Assembly (NCBI GenBank): GCA_001817425.1
Contig: MHII01000006.1
Coordinates: 1 to 56,985 of the forward strand
Length of the DNA stretch: 56,985 bases
Source: Candidatus Buchananbacteria bacterium RIFCSPHIGHO2_02_FULL_39_17
GTDB taxonomy: Bacteria; Patescibacteriota; Patescibacteriia; Buchananbacterales; UBA6539
Direction of reading: 5' to 3'
Positions 1 through 11,332 of this stretch are shown in pieces. The notes under the pieces were generated by a model, which ran no database searches, had not been told where the DNA came from, and worked only from the letters and a program-made list of their open reading frames with translations. The translations under genes were made by a program, and so were the position numbers. Position 1 is the stretch's first letter, and each line of letters opens with the position of its first letter.

Positions 1-330
1 CTGTAAAACACTTTTAGGTTGGATGTATTGAAAAAGGAATTGAGCGGCTTGTTGTTTGTCCACGGAGTTTTTGAATATCATCTGGTGAGCCAATTTGTTA
101 GAGCCAACCTGTTTAGCTATAATCAGAGACAAGCTTCTAAAGTAGGCCTCATCCATTTGGACCTTACCCTGTAAAATTGGCTCTAAATCAGGCAAATGAA
201 GCCTAAACTGTCTAAACCAGTGGTAAACCGCTACTTCACTGGTATGGCATAGTTTGCAGGTTTGTTTGACCGGAATTTGCTGTGTCCAGCACCAAAGCAA
301 AGCCCAAAAAGTTCGCTTAGGTTTTTTACG
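1..330 (-). pseudogene. IS1595-family (ISXO2-like DDE) transposase fragment, N-terminus missing, runs off window
   Basis: Manual translation of the open minus frame 330->1 gives FWALLWCW...YHWFRQFRLHLP..LQGKVQMDEAYF...FLFQYIQPKSVLQ, an HTH followed by the L-x-G-x-V-x-x-DE-x-Y motif. An in-frame TAA at 331-333 removes the zinc-ribbon N-terminus. Confidence 0.7.
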
Positions 331-354
331 TTAAAACTTAAAAATTTGGGCGGG

Positions 355-417
355 TTGACATGATTTCTTATTAAATGTATGATTGGCTTAGTCTTTTGTA
401 TGATTGGCTTAGTCTTT
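355..417 (+). promoter_or_regulatory. sigma70-type promoter with a 21-bp tandem duplication over the -10
   Basis: TTGACA(355-360)-N17-TATGAT(378-383). TGTATGATTGGCTTAGTCTTT occurs at 376-396 and 397-417. Confidence 0.6.
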
Positions 418-494
418 TTAAAATTAGTCTTGATTTTTTACTAGACAAAAAAATTAAAATAAACCGCTCTTTGATTTAGGAGGAGTCATTACTA

Positions 495-848
495 ATGCCA
501 AACAATAGTCCGAAAGGAGAGATAGTTAAAGTTAAGTTCCCAGTGGTAGTTGATAGTGGCAGGTGCCCGACCTGCGACGCTGACGTCAATCAATACATCA
601 GAGCCGCGGAAAAAGGAGAAATTGCTTTACCAACCTGCTGTCCTCACTGCGGCCAGCCCTTTGCTGAAGGCATTAAGAAACGAGTCTGGCGTTGTGGAAA
701 ATGCAACGGGGTTGTCCTTAACTTTGGTGAACAAAGATATTGCACTCATTGCCGAGGCGAATTAGTTTATCCGAAAGAAGCTGGTTACGAGGAACTGCTG
801 GCAAAAATGGAAAAAGAATCAGCCCAAGCAACAAAAGAGGTCGAATAG
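495..848 (+). CDS. double zinc-ribbon protein
   Basis: Four CxxC pairs (CPTC, CPHC, CGKC, CTHC); AGGAGG RBS upstream. Confidence 0.75.
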   Translation: MPNNSPKGEIVKVKFPVVVDSGRCPTCDADVNQYIRAAEKGEIALPTCCPHCGQPFAEGIKKRVWRCGKCNGVVLNFGEQRYCTHCRGELVYPKEAGYEELLAKMEKESAQATKEVE

Positions 849-907
849 TTTTTCGCCTCTTTTTTTCTTTTCCTTAATTTTGAGATTTGAGATTTGATTT
901 TTGAGAT

Positions 908-1765
908 TTATTCCACCGGCATATAGACTGCCGGGTCTAAAATATTTACCTCCGGAATAATATCAACACGGCTGACATAAGAAAGCGATTCATACCAGCG
1001 CATCTCAACTGGCCGAGTTTCACCGGACTTAAAATTATCTAAAGCCAAATAATTCGCCCCAACGACTTGGTCGCCGCTGAATAAAACCATATAAACGCCC
1101 ACTTGCCAATAATTATAGGCGCTTTGATTAGTAATTTTAAAATTTAAGGTACTAACCGCCGAACTGCTGCTGCCCACGCCCGCATTTTTAAACTCAACTT
1201 CATTTGAACTAAACTGAAAGCGTTGCTGGCGGAAATCTTCATAATTAGAAACCCGCCGCCAATTAACTTGAGCTAAGCGAATCGCCGGCGCGGTGTCAGC
1301 GCTTGATTCTAAACCAAAAAAGGCAATGTATTTCTCTTCCCCCGGCAAAATAAAACTATGTTTTTCCGCCATCACTTGGCTACCAGCGACTAACTGAAAT
1401 AAGGCTTTAGCCGCGGTCAATTTCAAATTAGGATTTCTGACTTTAAGGATATAGTCAAAACGACCATCTCGACTGCCTAAAACCGCCGAATCTAAAATTT
1501 CTAACGGTATGGGCCGATTAATCTCATGAAAATAACGATAATCAATCAGGTTGCCGGAAAGCTGATTTAGATCCTGCTTTAAAAGCGGATCCTGAACCAC
1601 AAAAATTAAAAGCCCAAGGTATAAGCTATAGCTATAAAAAACCAAGTTCAAAAAAATTAAAAAACCAACTAAAATTTTTCGCAGCAGGAGTTTATGGGTG
1701 ACATACCAATAGCTGGCTTTGAGTTTAAAATCAATGATTTGATTGGGCAGGATTGGCTCGACCAT
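908..1765 (-). CDS. membrane-anchored hypothetical protein with beta-rich (FxLYD-like) extracellular domains
   Basis: 285-aa ORF with an N-terminal TM helix and two similar beta-rich segments (VRNPN.../ITNQS...GETRPV). Confidence 0.6.
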   Translation of the reverse strand: MVEPILPNQIIDFKLKASYWYVTHKLLLRKILVGFLIFLNLVFYSYSLYLGLLIFVVQDPLLKQDLNQLSGNLIDYRYFHEINRPIPLEILDSAVLGSRDGRFDYILKVRNPNLKLTAAKALFQLVAGSQVMAEKHSFILPGEEKYIAFFGLESSADTAPAIRLAQVNWRRVSNYEDFRQQRFQFSSNEVEFKNAGVGSSSSAVSTLNFKITNQSAYNYWQVGVYMVLFSGDQVVGANYLALDNFKSGETRPVEMRWYESLSYVSRVDIIPEVNILDPAVYMPVE

Positions 1766-2112
1766 AGAATTAAATAAATCAAGTTGGCAAGTAAATCAAG
1801 TTAGCAGGTTTAAACTAAATTGCCATCCCCTTACCCTTCGATAAACTTAAGGTGGACCCTGAATGTAACTGAAAGGTCACCCTTCCCTCTGCCCCTTATT
1901 TAAGGGGAGAGGGATCAAGGAAGAGGGGTTTACTTGATTTACTAATTCATTAACTTGCTTTTTATTATACCATAATTTATCCAAAAATTGTACTTTTCCC
2001 CTTGCCCAGCCGGCTTTTTAATGCTATAATGGAAGTATAATAAAATGACTCAGATTAAGCAAAATTAGATTGATTTTATAGGTCAAATACCTATATTTTT
2101 AATTTCCAATAA

Positions 2113-4146
<2,034 letters not shown>

Positions 4147-4183
4147 AGTTAAGCGCTTCAAAATTAATATTATCTGAGTCTCG

Positions 4184-4298
4184 CCCCGCTCTAAACTAAA
4201 ATTAAAACACTAATTCTCCACAAATCAGCCGAAGGCGGTCTCCGCGCCAAATAAACTTTACAACTATCTAAAATTTCTCCGCGAGTTTAGGGCGGTGG
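4184..4298. mobile_element. ~115-bp MITE-like element, copy 1
   Basis: Terminal IR CCGCTCTAAACT / AGTTTAGGGCGG. The interior (AGCCGAAGGCG...CGCGCCAAATAAACT) matches the reverse complement of 19467-19580. Confidence 0.65.
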
Positions 4299-4339
4299 TC
4301 CATGCGCATGCGAAGAGCGTTAAAAACTTAGACATTTAA
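4299..4339 (+). repeat. synonymously recoded duplicate of the gyrB 3' end ([12 protein letters not shown])
   Basis: Matches 4106-4146 with 6 differences, all at synonymous third positions. Confidence 0.9.
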
Positions 4340-4387
4340 AAAAAGCCTGCCAAAAATTTGGCAGACAGACGAAGCAATCAAAGCTGA

Positions 4388-4798
4388 TTAAATATCCTCT
4401 AATCTAAAAATCATTTGACTTAAAACTGCCTGCATCTTTGTTACTTCTTTATCAGTGATTAGATTCTGAACTCCTGGCCTTGATTTTTTCGCTTGGCTTG
4501 AGGCAGATGGAATTTTTGTTTCCTCTGGCTCTCTTGCTAAATCATTACCAACAAGCTCTCTCAAAATCTCATTAATATGAGTTAATTGTTCCACAAGAGA
4601 CTTACGAAAACGGTTATCGCTTAGACGAGCAACCCACCAGTGAAGACAGTCAGGTAAAAACCTAACCATCAACAAAACCAGAGGTTTTTTGCAAGCAGAA
4701 CAATGGAAAGCTGAAATATTAATACCAAGGAAATTGCTTAGATTAAATTGCATCAGCAAACCGCAATGTGGACAACGAAAATCAATCTGATTTTTCAT
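4388..4798 (-). CDS. zinc-ribbon hypothetical protein
   Basis: CPHC and CSAC motifs; GGAGGG RBS before the ATG at 4798. Confidence 0.65.
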   Translation of the reverse strand: MKNQIDFRCPHCGLLMQFNLSNFLGINISAFHCSACKKPLVLLMVRFLPDCLHWWVARLSDNRFRKSLVEQLTHINEILRELVGNDLAREPEETKIPSASSQAKKSRPGVQNLITDKEVTKMQAVLSQMIFRLEDI

Positions 4799-5054
4799 TT
4801 TCTGCCCTCCCGATGGTTTAACGTTCAAGGAACAAAAGATCTTAATTTTATTATAATATTAAATAATAAAAAAATCTACCCCCTTGACGAACTTAAATTT
4901 CCTGTGGTATTATGAAATTAAAAAATAATCAATAATCTAAAAAGTCCCCGGGGGGCTTTTTAAAATCCCGCAATTGATACCAATTACGGAATGATATAAA
5001 TAAATTCGTAGCATCTGAAGATTCGCATAAATTAGCAAATTAGCATTGTGTTTT

Positions 5055-5243
5055 ATGAATATTTCAAATAAAATCATAAACTACATTAAAGCTTCACAGC
5101 AAGAACTAAAAAAAGTCATTTGGCCTTCCCAAAAAGAGATCATCCAGCACACTTTATTAGTCATTGGCATTAGTCTTGGGGTATCAGTCTTTCTTGGAGT
5201 GATTGACTATATTTTAACCCTGATTTTAGAAGTTATCATTTAA
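5055..5243 (+). CDS. secE: preprotein translocase subunit SecE
   Basis: ELKKVIWPS motif plus a TM helix; directly upstream of nusG. Confidence 0.95.
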   Translation: MNISNKIINYIKASQQELKKVIWPSQKEIIQHTLLVIGISLGVSVFLGVIDYILTLILEVII

Positions 5244-5346
5244 TAAATATGCCGCCATCAGGCGACTCAAAAATTTTAAATTCCCGCAAAAGGGATCAGT
5301 GGTTCCAACGGGACTTTACTGGTTTGATTTTTAAATTATTTAAGGT

Positions 5347-5892
5347 ATGCCTAAACAAACACTACAACAAGGTCGGCGCTGGTATGTGATTCATACTTAT
5401 TCCGGCTACGAAGAAAATGTCAAGCGTAATTTAGAACAAAGGACTGAATCAATGGATATGGAGGATAAAATTTTTAATGTTTTAATTCCGACTGAAAAAA
5501 AAATTAAAATTAAAAATGGCAAAAGAAAAGTGGTGACGGAAAAAATTTTCCCCGGTTATGTTTTAGTGGAAATGGTCGTTGACGATAACTCCTGGTACGT
5601 AGTGAGAAACACGCCAAATGTCACGGGCTTTATCGGCTCAGGCACCACCCCAACGCCAATCTCTGATCAAGAAATTAAAAATCTGCAAAAACGCATGGGC
5701 GTAGAGGAACCGACGTTTAAAATTGATGTCACGATCGGCGCGCCGGTCAGAATCGTTGACGGTCCATTTAAAGGCTACGAAGGCAAAGTTAATAAAATTG
5801 ATGAAGCCCGCGGCAAAATAAAAGTCTTAATTTCTATATTTGGCCGCGAAACCCCGGTAGAGCTTGATTTTCTACAAGTCAAAAAAATCTAA
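5347..5892 (+). CDS. nusG: transcription factor NusG
   Basis: WYVIHTYSGYE, FPGYVLV, KOW motif DGPF, FGRETPVEL. Confidence 0.98.
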   Translation: MPKQTLQQGRRWYVIHTYSGYEENVKRNLEQRTESMDMEDKIFNVLIPTEKKIKIKNGKRKVVTEKIFPGYVLVEMVVDDNSWYVVRNTPNVTGFIGSGTTPTPISDQEIKNLQKRMGVEEPTFKIDVTIGAPVRIVDGPFKGYEGKVNKIDEARGKIKVLISIFGRETPVELDFLQVKKI

Positions 5893-5985
5893 TATGATAC
5901 CAATTATACCAATCTACAAATAACATACCTTTATAAATTGTAGATTCGTAGATTAATATTCATTCGTAATTAGCATCATATTTAT

Positions 5986-6411
5986 ATGGCGAAAAAAATT
6001 AAAACTATAGTCAAAATTCAGATTCCAGGCGCTCAAGCTAACCCCGCGCCACCAGTCGGTCCGGCTTTAGGTCAGCATGGCTTAAATATTGCTGAATTCT
6101 GCCAAAAATTTAATGAACGAACAAAAGACCGACCAGGTGAATTAACTCCGGTTGAAGTCACGATCTATGAAGATCGCACTTATTCTTTTGCCACCAAAAC
6201 TTCACCCGCTTCGGAATTACTAAAAAAGGCGGCTAAAATTGAAAAAGGTTCTGGCGACATTTTGAAAAAAAAGGTAGGTAAAGTCACCAAAGCCCAAGTT
6301 CGAGAAATTGCCCAGAAAAAAATGCCGGATTTAAATGCGAAAAATTTAGCTGGGGCGATGAAGATAATAGAAGGTACGGCTAGACAAATGGGGCTAGAGA
6401 TTACTGATTAA
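5986..6411 (+). CDS. rplK: 50S ribosomal protein L11
   Basis: [22 protein letters not shown]. Confidence 0.98.
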   Translation: MAKKIKTIVKIQIPGAQANPAPPVGPALGQHGLNIAEFCQKFNERTKDRPGELTPVEVTIYEDRTYSFATKTSPASELLKKAAKIEKGSGDILKKKVGKVTKAQVREIAQKKMPDLNAKNLAGAMKIIEGTARQMGLEITD

Positions 6412-6499
6412 GATAAGTTAATAGGTTGTCCCGCTTCGCCTGCGGCGGGTGGGATCCTCGATTTTGCGCCAAATCTAAGATTTGGGCAAAATCGGGAAG

Positions 6500-6538
6500 G
6501 GAACAGCCAGACAAATGGGATTAGAAATAATTGAATAG
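6500..6538 (+). repeat. recoded duplicate of the rplK 3' end ([12 protein letters not shown])
   Basis: Matches 6373-6411 with mostly synonymous changes; palindromic DNA at 6429-6498 lies between the copies. Confidence 0.8.
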
Positions 6539-6692
6539 AAAATAAATTCCAAATTACAAATAAATTTCAATAGTCAAAATCCAAAATATTTTAATATTTT
6601 AAAAATTGTGATTTCTAATTTATTTGGAATTTAAAATTTGGATTTTGGATTTTAAAACTTTATTTAATTTTAAATATTAAATATCTAAATAT

Positions 6693-7658
6693 ATGGAACA
6701 ACAACTAAACCAAACTTTCCAAACAACGGCTGATAAAACCATCAAAGGACCAAAATCGCTTTTTTGGTATCTGACTTTATTTTTTACCCTCGGCATTACC
6801 GCCTTTCAGGTCGGCGGGCTTTGGTTTCAGTTCATTAACAAATGGCTGCCCAAAGAAGTGATTAGCGGCATGGTCCAGCCGTCTTTTGACCAAACCGCCC
6901 TAAAATTTGCGGTCGCCAGCATCATTGTCGCCACTCCCCTTTATTTTACCTTTAGTTATCTAATCCGCCGGGCATTAAAAAATCATAATTTAGACCCGAA
7001 AAATAAAATTCGGGTTTGGATTACTTATATCATTTTATTTTTAACCGTTGCCATTGCTGTTGGCGATTTAATTAATGCAATTTTCCATGTCTTAAATGGC
7101 GATTATACTCTGCGGTTTATTTTAAAAAGCTTATCCATTCTGATTATCATCAGCTGGATTTTTACTTATTATTGGCTTGAATTACGGTCAGAAAATTCAT
7201 TGACGACTTCAATTCTACCAAAACAAATGGCGGGCATTACTATCGCCGTCATTGTTGTTTCTTTTATCGGCTCTTTTTTCGTCGTTGATTCACCCCGATT
7301 AGCCAGAAGCAAAGCCTATGACCACACTCGAGCCGCTAACCTCCAAGAAATTGAATTTTCGGTTCAGAATTATTACTATCAAAATCAAAAATTGCCCGCT
7401 GACTTAGAAACCTTAAGATTAGACAATGTCACACTCGCCATCAGTGATCCTTCGACTGATAAACCTTATGAGTACCGAACCATTGACGATAAAAATTATG
7501 AACTTTGCGCGGAATTTGAAAATTCCAACCTAGACGTTAAAAATCGAGAATTCCAGCCATACTATTCGGAATTTGCTTATCAAAAAGGACGAAATTGTTT
7601 CACCAAAAAAGTGGTCTTGCCCACGGATCTTCAGGCAAAGCCATTACCGATTAGATGA
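6693..7658 (+). CDS. multi-pass membrane protein (DUF5671-like) with a C-terminal pilin-like segment
   Basis: About five TM helices, then D..R..NL..I..SVQNYY....KLPADL..L...DP.T..PYEY...YELCAEF. Confidence 0.65.
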   Translation: MEQQLNQTFQTTADKTIKGPKSLFWYLTLFFTLGITAFQVGGLWFQFINKWLPKEVISGMVQPSFDQTALKFAVASIIVATPLYFTFSYLIRRALKNHNLDPKNKIRVWITYIILFLTVAIAVGDLINAIFHVLNGDYTLRFILKSLSILIIISWIFTYYWLELRSENSLTTSILPKQMAGITIAVIVVSFIGSFFVVDSPRLARSKAYDHTRAANLQEIEFSVQNYYYQNQKLPADLETLRLDNVTLAISDPSTDKPYEYRTIDDKNYELCAEFENSNLDVKNREFQPYYSEFAYQKGRNCFTKKVVLPTDLQAKPLPIR

Positions 7659-7774
7659 AGCTTTGGAGGATTTACATAATAAATTTTAATTTTGCGGGAC
7701 CTAAAATTAGTCATTTAGGGTTTGCGCCGCGAAACCAACTGCTTGAGGGTAAGGTTTGGTAAAAAAAATGAACT

Positions 7775-8452
7775 ATGCGTTCAAAACGTTATTTAGAAAC
7801 TGTCAAAAAAATTGATAAGAATAAAACTTATCCGATCAATGAAGCCATTAAATTAATTAAGCAAACCGCAACCACCAAATTTGATGGTTCGATTGAGGTT
7901 CACTGCCACCTGGGGATTGACCCGGGTAAAAGCGAACAACAAGTCAGAGGCGTTGTCAGCTTGCCTTATGGTACCGGCAAAACCAAAAAAATTATTGCCT
8001 TTGTCGGTCCGGAACAAGAAAAAATCGCAAAAGCATCGGGCGCCGATATTATTGGCGGCACTGAATTAATTGACCAAATTAAAAACACCGGCAAAGTTGA
8101 TTTTGATATTGCTGTAGCCACGCCTGACTTAATGCCCAAACTCGCGGCGATTGCTAAAATTTTAGGTCCCAAAGGCTTAATGCCTTCGCCCAAAAATGAA
8201 ACCATTACCAAAAATTTAGAAAAAACAATCGCGGAATTAAAAAAAGGCAAAATCAATTTCAAAAGTGATGATACCGGAAATATCCATCAGGTCATCGGCA
8301 AAGTTTCCTTTGTTGAAAACCAGCTTGAAGAAAATTTCCGCACCCTTATCGAAGCCGTCAAAAAAGCAAAACCTGCTTCCGCGAAAGGAATTTATCTGCA
8401 GAATGTCAGTCTTTCTTCCTCAATGGGGCCGGGGATTAAAGTAGAAATATAA
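7775..8452 (+). CDS. rplA: 50S ribosomal protein L1
   Basis: KFDGSIE, LGPKGLMPSPK, SSSMGPGIK. Confidence 0.98.
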   Translation: MRSKRYLETVKKIDKNKTYPINEAIKLIKQTATTKFDGSIEVHCHLGIDPGKSEQQVRGVVSLPYGTGKTKKIIAFVGPEQEKIAKASGADIIGGTELIDQIKNTGKVDFDIAVATPDLMPKLAAIAKILGPKGLMPSPKNETITKNLEKTIAELKKGKINFKSDDTGNIHQVIGKVSFVENQLEENFRTLIEAVKKAKPASAKGIYLQNVSLSSSMGPGIKVEI

Positions 8453-8471
8453 ACTAATTTATATCAGAACT

Positions 8472-8500
8472 AACCCCGCCTAACTGGCGGGGTTTTAATT
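8472..8500. terminator. intrinsic terminator between convergent rplA and DGR RT
   Basis: AACCCCGCC-TAACT-GGCGGGGTT followed by a T-rich tail. Confidence 0.8.
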
Positions 8501-8502
8501 AT

Positions 8503-9571
8503 TTAATGATCCTTACCAATCTTATTTTGCATCAACTGTTTTAGCTCAAAAGTATCAGCGTGCTGGCAAACTCCAAAATAAGATGAAAAATTGTGGCTGT
8601 TTATTCTGTACAAGAACCGATGTTTTGTTTTAGTTCGCAAAACGACACCATATGGCGAATGAACATAGCCGACAAAATCAATCCCCTGGCTCCAAGACCT
8701 AATGTTAATTTTGACCGGATGAATTTTTAATTTTAATTTCTCGTTTAAAAATACGCTAACTTTGGGAATAATGCTCAAAAGATAGTGACGAGATTGATTA
8801 ATAATTAAAAAATCATCGCAATACCTTAAGTACCATTTTTCTCTTAAGCTGTGCTTAATAAAATAATCAAGTTCATTTAAGATAAATATTAGCAAAAAGT
8901 TGACTTGTCAAATTACCAAGTGGCAGACCTTTGTTCGGCGCCTTAGAAAAACTACCAATAATATGCCTTAACAGTTTAATTGTTTTTTCGTCTTTAATTT
9001 GGCAGCAAATAAAATCTAAAAGAATATTATGGTCAATGCTGTCAAAAAATTTGCTGACATCACACTTTAAAGCATAAATAGTTTTAGTGTTATTCTGGCT
9101 AGCTTTTGACAAAAAATCACGCAGGCGATAGGAAGCGCCGTGAATGCCCTTGCCAATTCGGCAGGAAAAGCTATTAAAAATAAATCGTTTTTCAAAAATT
9201 GGCTCAATAATGTTGACTACGGCCTGATGGACAATTCTATCTTTTACCGTGGTTTTATGAATTTGGCGCTTTTTAGGATCATAAACAATAAAAGGCTGAT
9301 ATTTACCATGGCAATAATTTTGATTTTTTAATTCAGCCTGTAGATTAAAAAGATTCTCTTCTAAATTTCTTTCATAAATCATTACATCTCGGCGAGAGTG
9401 TTTGCTTTTGGCAAACTTATACCAAGCTAAAAAAACATTTTCTAGGAAGAAAATTTTATCATAAAGCGATTTACTGGTATAATTATTATTACCATGACCC
9501 AAAATGATTTTATTAATCCCCCCCCCAACGGGTCTTACGGAAAAAGCATGCTGGATATTCCGATTATTCAT
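8503..9571 (-). pseudogene. DGR reverse transcriptase, split by a +1 frameshift at about 8876-8878
   Basis: N-part has DPKKRQI, VKDRIVHQA, SFSCRIGKG, LKCDVSKFFDSIDH and GLPLGNLTSQLFANIYL. C-part has NELDYFIKH, YLRYCDDF and GIDFVGY. The junction reads CTT AAA TGA where CTT AAT GAA is expected. Start codon uncertain. Confidence 0.9.
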
Positions 9572-9889
9572 CTGCTTTATGATTTTTATAAATTATGGCA
9601 CAAAGTTAGTTTAAACTTCCCTAAATCCCAGCGCTACACCCTAGGGCAAATCTGCGGCACTGATTTGTTACTGCTTTTAAAAAATATCTTGGCCGCTTCG
9701 GCAACCAAAGATCGAAAAATAAAATTAGAAAAACTGCGCCAGGCCAGCATCAAGCTTGATCTGATAAAAATTCTTATCAGGTTAGCTAAAGACTGCGACT
9801 GCCTACAAAATAAATCATATTTAGAGCTTCAGTCAAAACTCCATGGTATCGGCAAGATGCTTGGCGGCTGGATTAAATCTCTTGAATAA
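9494..9889 (+). CDS. avd: DGR accessory variability determinant (Avd-like four-helix bundle); start may be 9548
   Basis: DIPIIHLLYDFYK...FPKSQRYTLG...KLDLIKILIRLAKD...IGKMLGGWIKS; lies between TR and RT. Confidence 0.88.
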   Translation: MTQNDFINPPPNGSYGKSMLDIPIIHLLYDFYKLWHKVSLNFPKSQRYTLGQICGTDLLLLLKNILAASATKDRKIKLEKLRQASIKLDLIKILIRLAKDCDCLQNKSYLELQSKLHGIGKMLGGWIKSLE

Positions 9890-9898
9890 AAATTTACA

Positions 9899-10308
9899 CA
9901 AACACCCGGTAAATTAACCGAGTGTTTGCTATTTTTGGCAAGCATTCCCAAAGACAGGAACCGCCCGGTGGCCGTGACGATTAGAAGCGTCGTCGGCCTT
10001 GAGCTTGACTTGACGATTATCGCAATTCCAGTTCAAGTTCGGCACGTATGACCAAGGCTGGTTGCCCGAAACAGATTAAATATTTCTATTCTTCCATTGC
10101 ACCGGACACAGGCGCACCCGTGTCCTGAATTTTATGCAAGATATAAGCTTGAAGCTTTATCTTAAAATAGAAATACGGAGTGCTTTACCATTGCTCTGCT
10201 CTCTTTTGACCGCCAACAGAAGCAGCCAAAACTTTGACAGATAAATGCAAGATAAAAAATTTCGGCGATTCCGATTCTTAAACCGGAATTCATAAGCCTA
10301 CTCTTTCG
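9899..10308 (-). ncRNA. putative TR-containing DGR RNA
   Basis: Extended -10 TGCTATAAT at 10323-10315. Hairpins at 10104-10125 and 9899-9928 close fully only on the minus strand, via G-U pairs. Confidence 0.55.
9949..10071 (-). repeat. DGR template repeat (TR)
   Basis: 123-bp match to 10410-10532 with 17 mismatches, 12 of them at TR adenines (minus strand), many in AAC/AAT codons. Confidence 0.92.
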
Positions 10309-10398
10309 GTAATAATTATAGCATAATAAAAACAGGGTTTGAAGACCAAGATCCAAAAACCTTGAATTTCCAAACCCCAAAAGGCCAAGTACCGAATA

Positions 10399-11175
10399 CT
10401 AACACTCCACAAAGACAGGAACCGCCCGGTGGTAGTGACGAATAGAAGCGTCGTCGGCACTGAGCCTGACTTGACGACACCCGTAATGCCAGCACAAGTC
10501 CGGCACGTACGACCAAGGCTGGCTGCCCGAAATAGATAGCTGATAGCCAGGCAACCAGACGAACGGCACTTTGACGCCGTCCATTGCCTGTATCCACCGG
10601 GGGAAACAAGATGCCGCCCACAAGATTGCCGAAGGCAGCGAGGTTTTAGGAGTATGGACAGTTGGAGCAATGCCGTCTTTCTTATCCCAGTTGGCGGCGA
10701 AGTCAACTACTCGCCAGTGCAAACCGCGCTGATGAATAATGCCATCGAGCAACTTGAGATGATTTTCGTCGGACTTTACCTCGGGCCAGCGCCATTCACC
10801 TGGCTGAACCGCTTTGGTGAAATACCAGCCTTCTTCAAAAGTCCGGCTAACCGTGTCCAAAGACACATCCAGCACGACGGCGCAAAGATAGCCATCTGGC
10901 CAGGCCGGTGGCGGGCCAAGCGCTTCAAAGTCGGCTTCGGTAAAACCCCAATGGCGCTCGGCATTGCGCTGTCTGGTCAGTTCAAGTTGTTTTTCCGGCG
11001 GGATGAAAAACGACCGTCGGTCAATCAGCTTTGACACCTCCCGCATCACCTCGTCGGGATTAAGCGAGCCTTTACGGACGCGCTCAAACACATCGTGCTG
11101 GTGGCGGGCAAATTCGCCCAGCTTATCATCGGTGGGCACTACTCTTTTTTCGTCCGCGACAATTTCGGTTGTCAT
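10399..11175 (-). CDS. DGR target protein with C-terminal variable region
   Basis: 258 aa, AGGAGG RBS, visibly GC-richer than its flanks. The last ~41 codons (SGSQPWSYVPDLCWHYGCRQVRLSADDASIRHYHRAVPVF) are the VR. Confidence 0.9.
   Translation of the reverse strand: MTTEIVADEKRVVPTDDKLGEFARHQHDVFERVRKGSLNPDEVMREVSKLIDRRSFFIPPEKQLELTRQRNAERHWGFTEADFEALGPPPAWPDGYLCAVVLDVSLDTVSRTFEEGWYFTKAVQPGEWRWPEVKSDENHLKLLDGIIHQRGLHWRVVDFAANWDKKDGIAPTVHTPKTSLPSAILWAASCFPRWIQAMDGVKVPFVWLPGYQLSISGSQPWSYVPDLCWHYGCRQVRLSADDASIRHYHRAVPVFVEC
10410..10532 (-). repeat. DGR variable repeat (VR)
   Basis: Aligns to TR at offset 461; diverges from TR after GCGGTTCCTGTCTTTG, the putative IMH/IMH* boundary. Confidence 0.92.
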
Positions 11176-11251
11176 GACAAATCCTCCTTATCCTTATTTG
11201 ACTGTCTTACAACCGGCAAGACTACGGTTTCTCTACTTTAGAGAATAATTA

Positions 11252-11279
11252 ATTATATCATAAATTATTAATTTGTCAA
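11252..11279 (-). promoter_or_regulatory. promoter of DGR target gene
   Basis: TTGACA-N16-TATAAT on the minus strand. Confidence 0.65.
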
Positions 11280-11332
11280 GTCATAAATAATCTGCTAAAA
11301 TACATAGACATTACTAATCATAAATACTAATT

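Noticed and set aside
9530..9571. RT-frame N-terminal NNRNIQHAFSVRPV resembling a second TR/VR end
   Set aside because: It is the antisense of the avd start (MLDIPIIH) and has no second copy in the window.
8503..9571. Group II intron or retron RT
   Set aside because: Short RT with the GNLTSQ motif, no maturase or endonuclease domain, and an adjacent avd and TR/VR pair identify it as DGR type.
10340..10398. Canonical GC-rich DGR hairpin downstream of VR
   Set aside because: Only short TTGG-type repeats are present; I found no convincing stem.
10162..11248. Alternative ORFs overlapping the DGR target and TR leader
   Set aside because: Shadow frames of GC-rich or structured DNA with no RBS or motifs.
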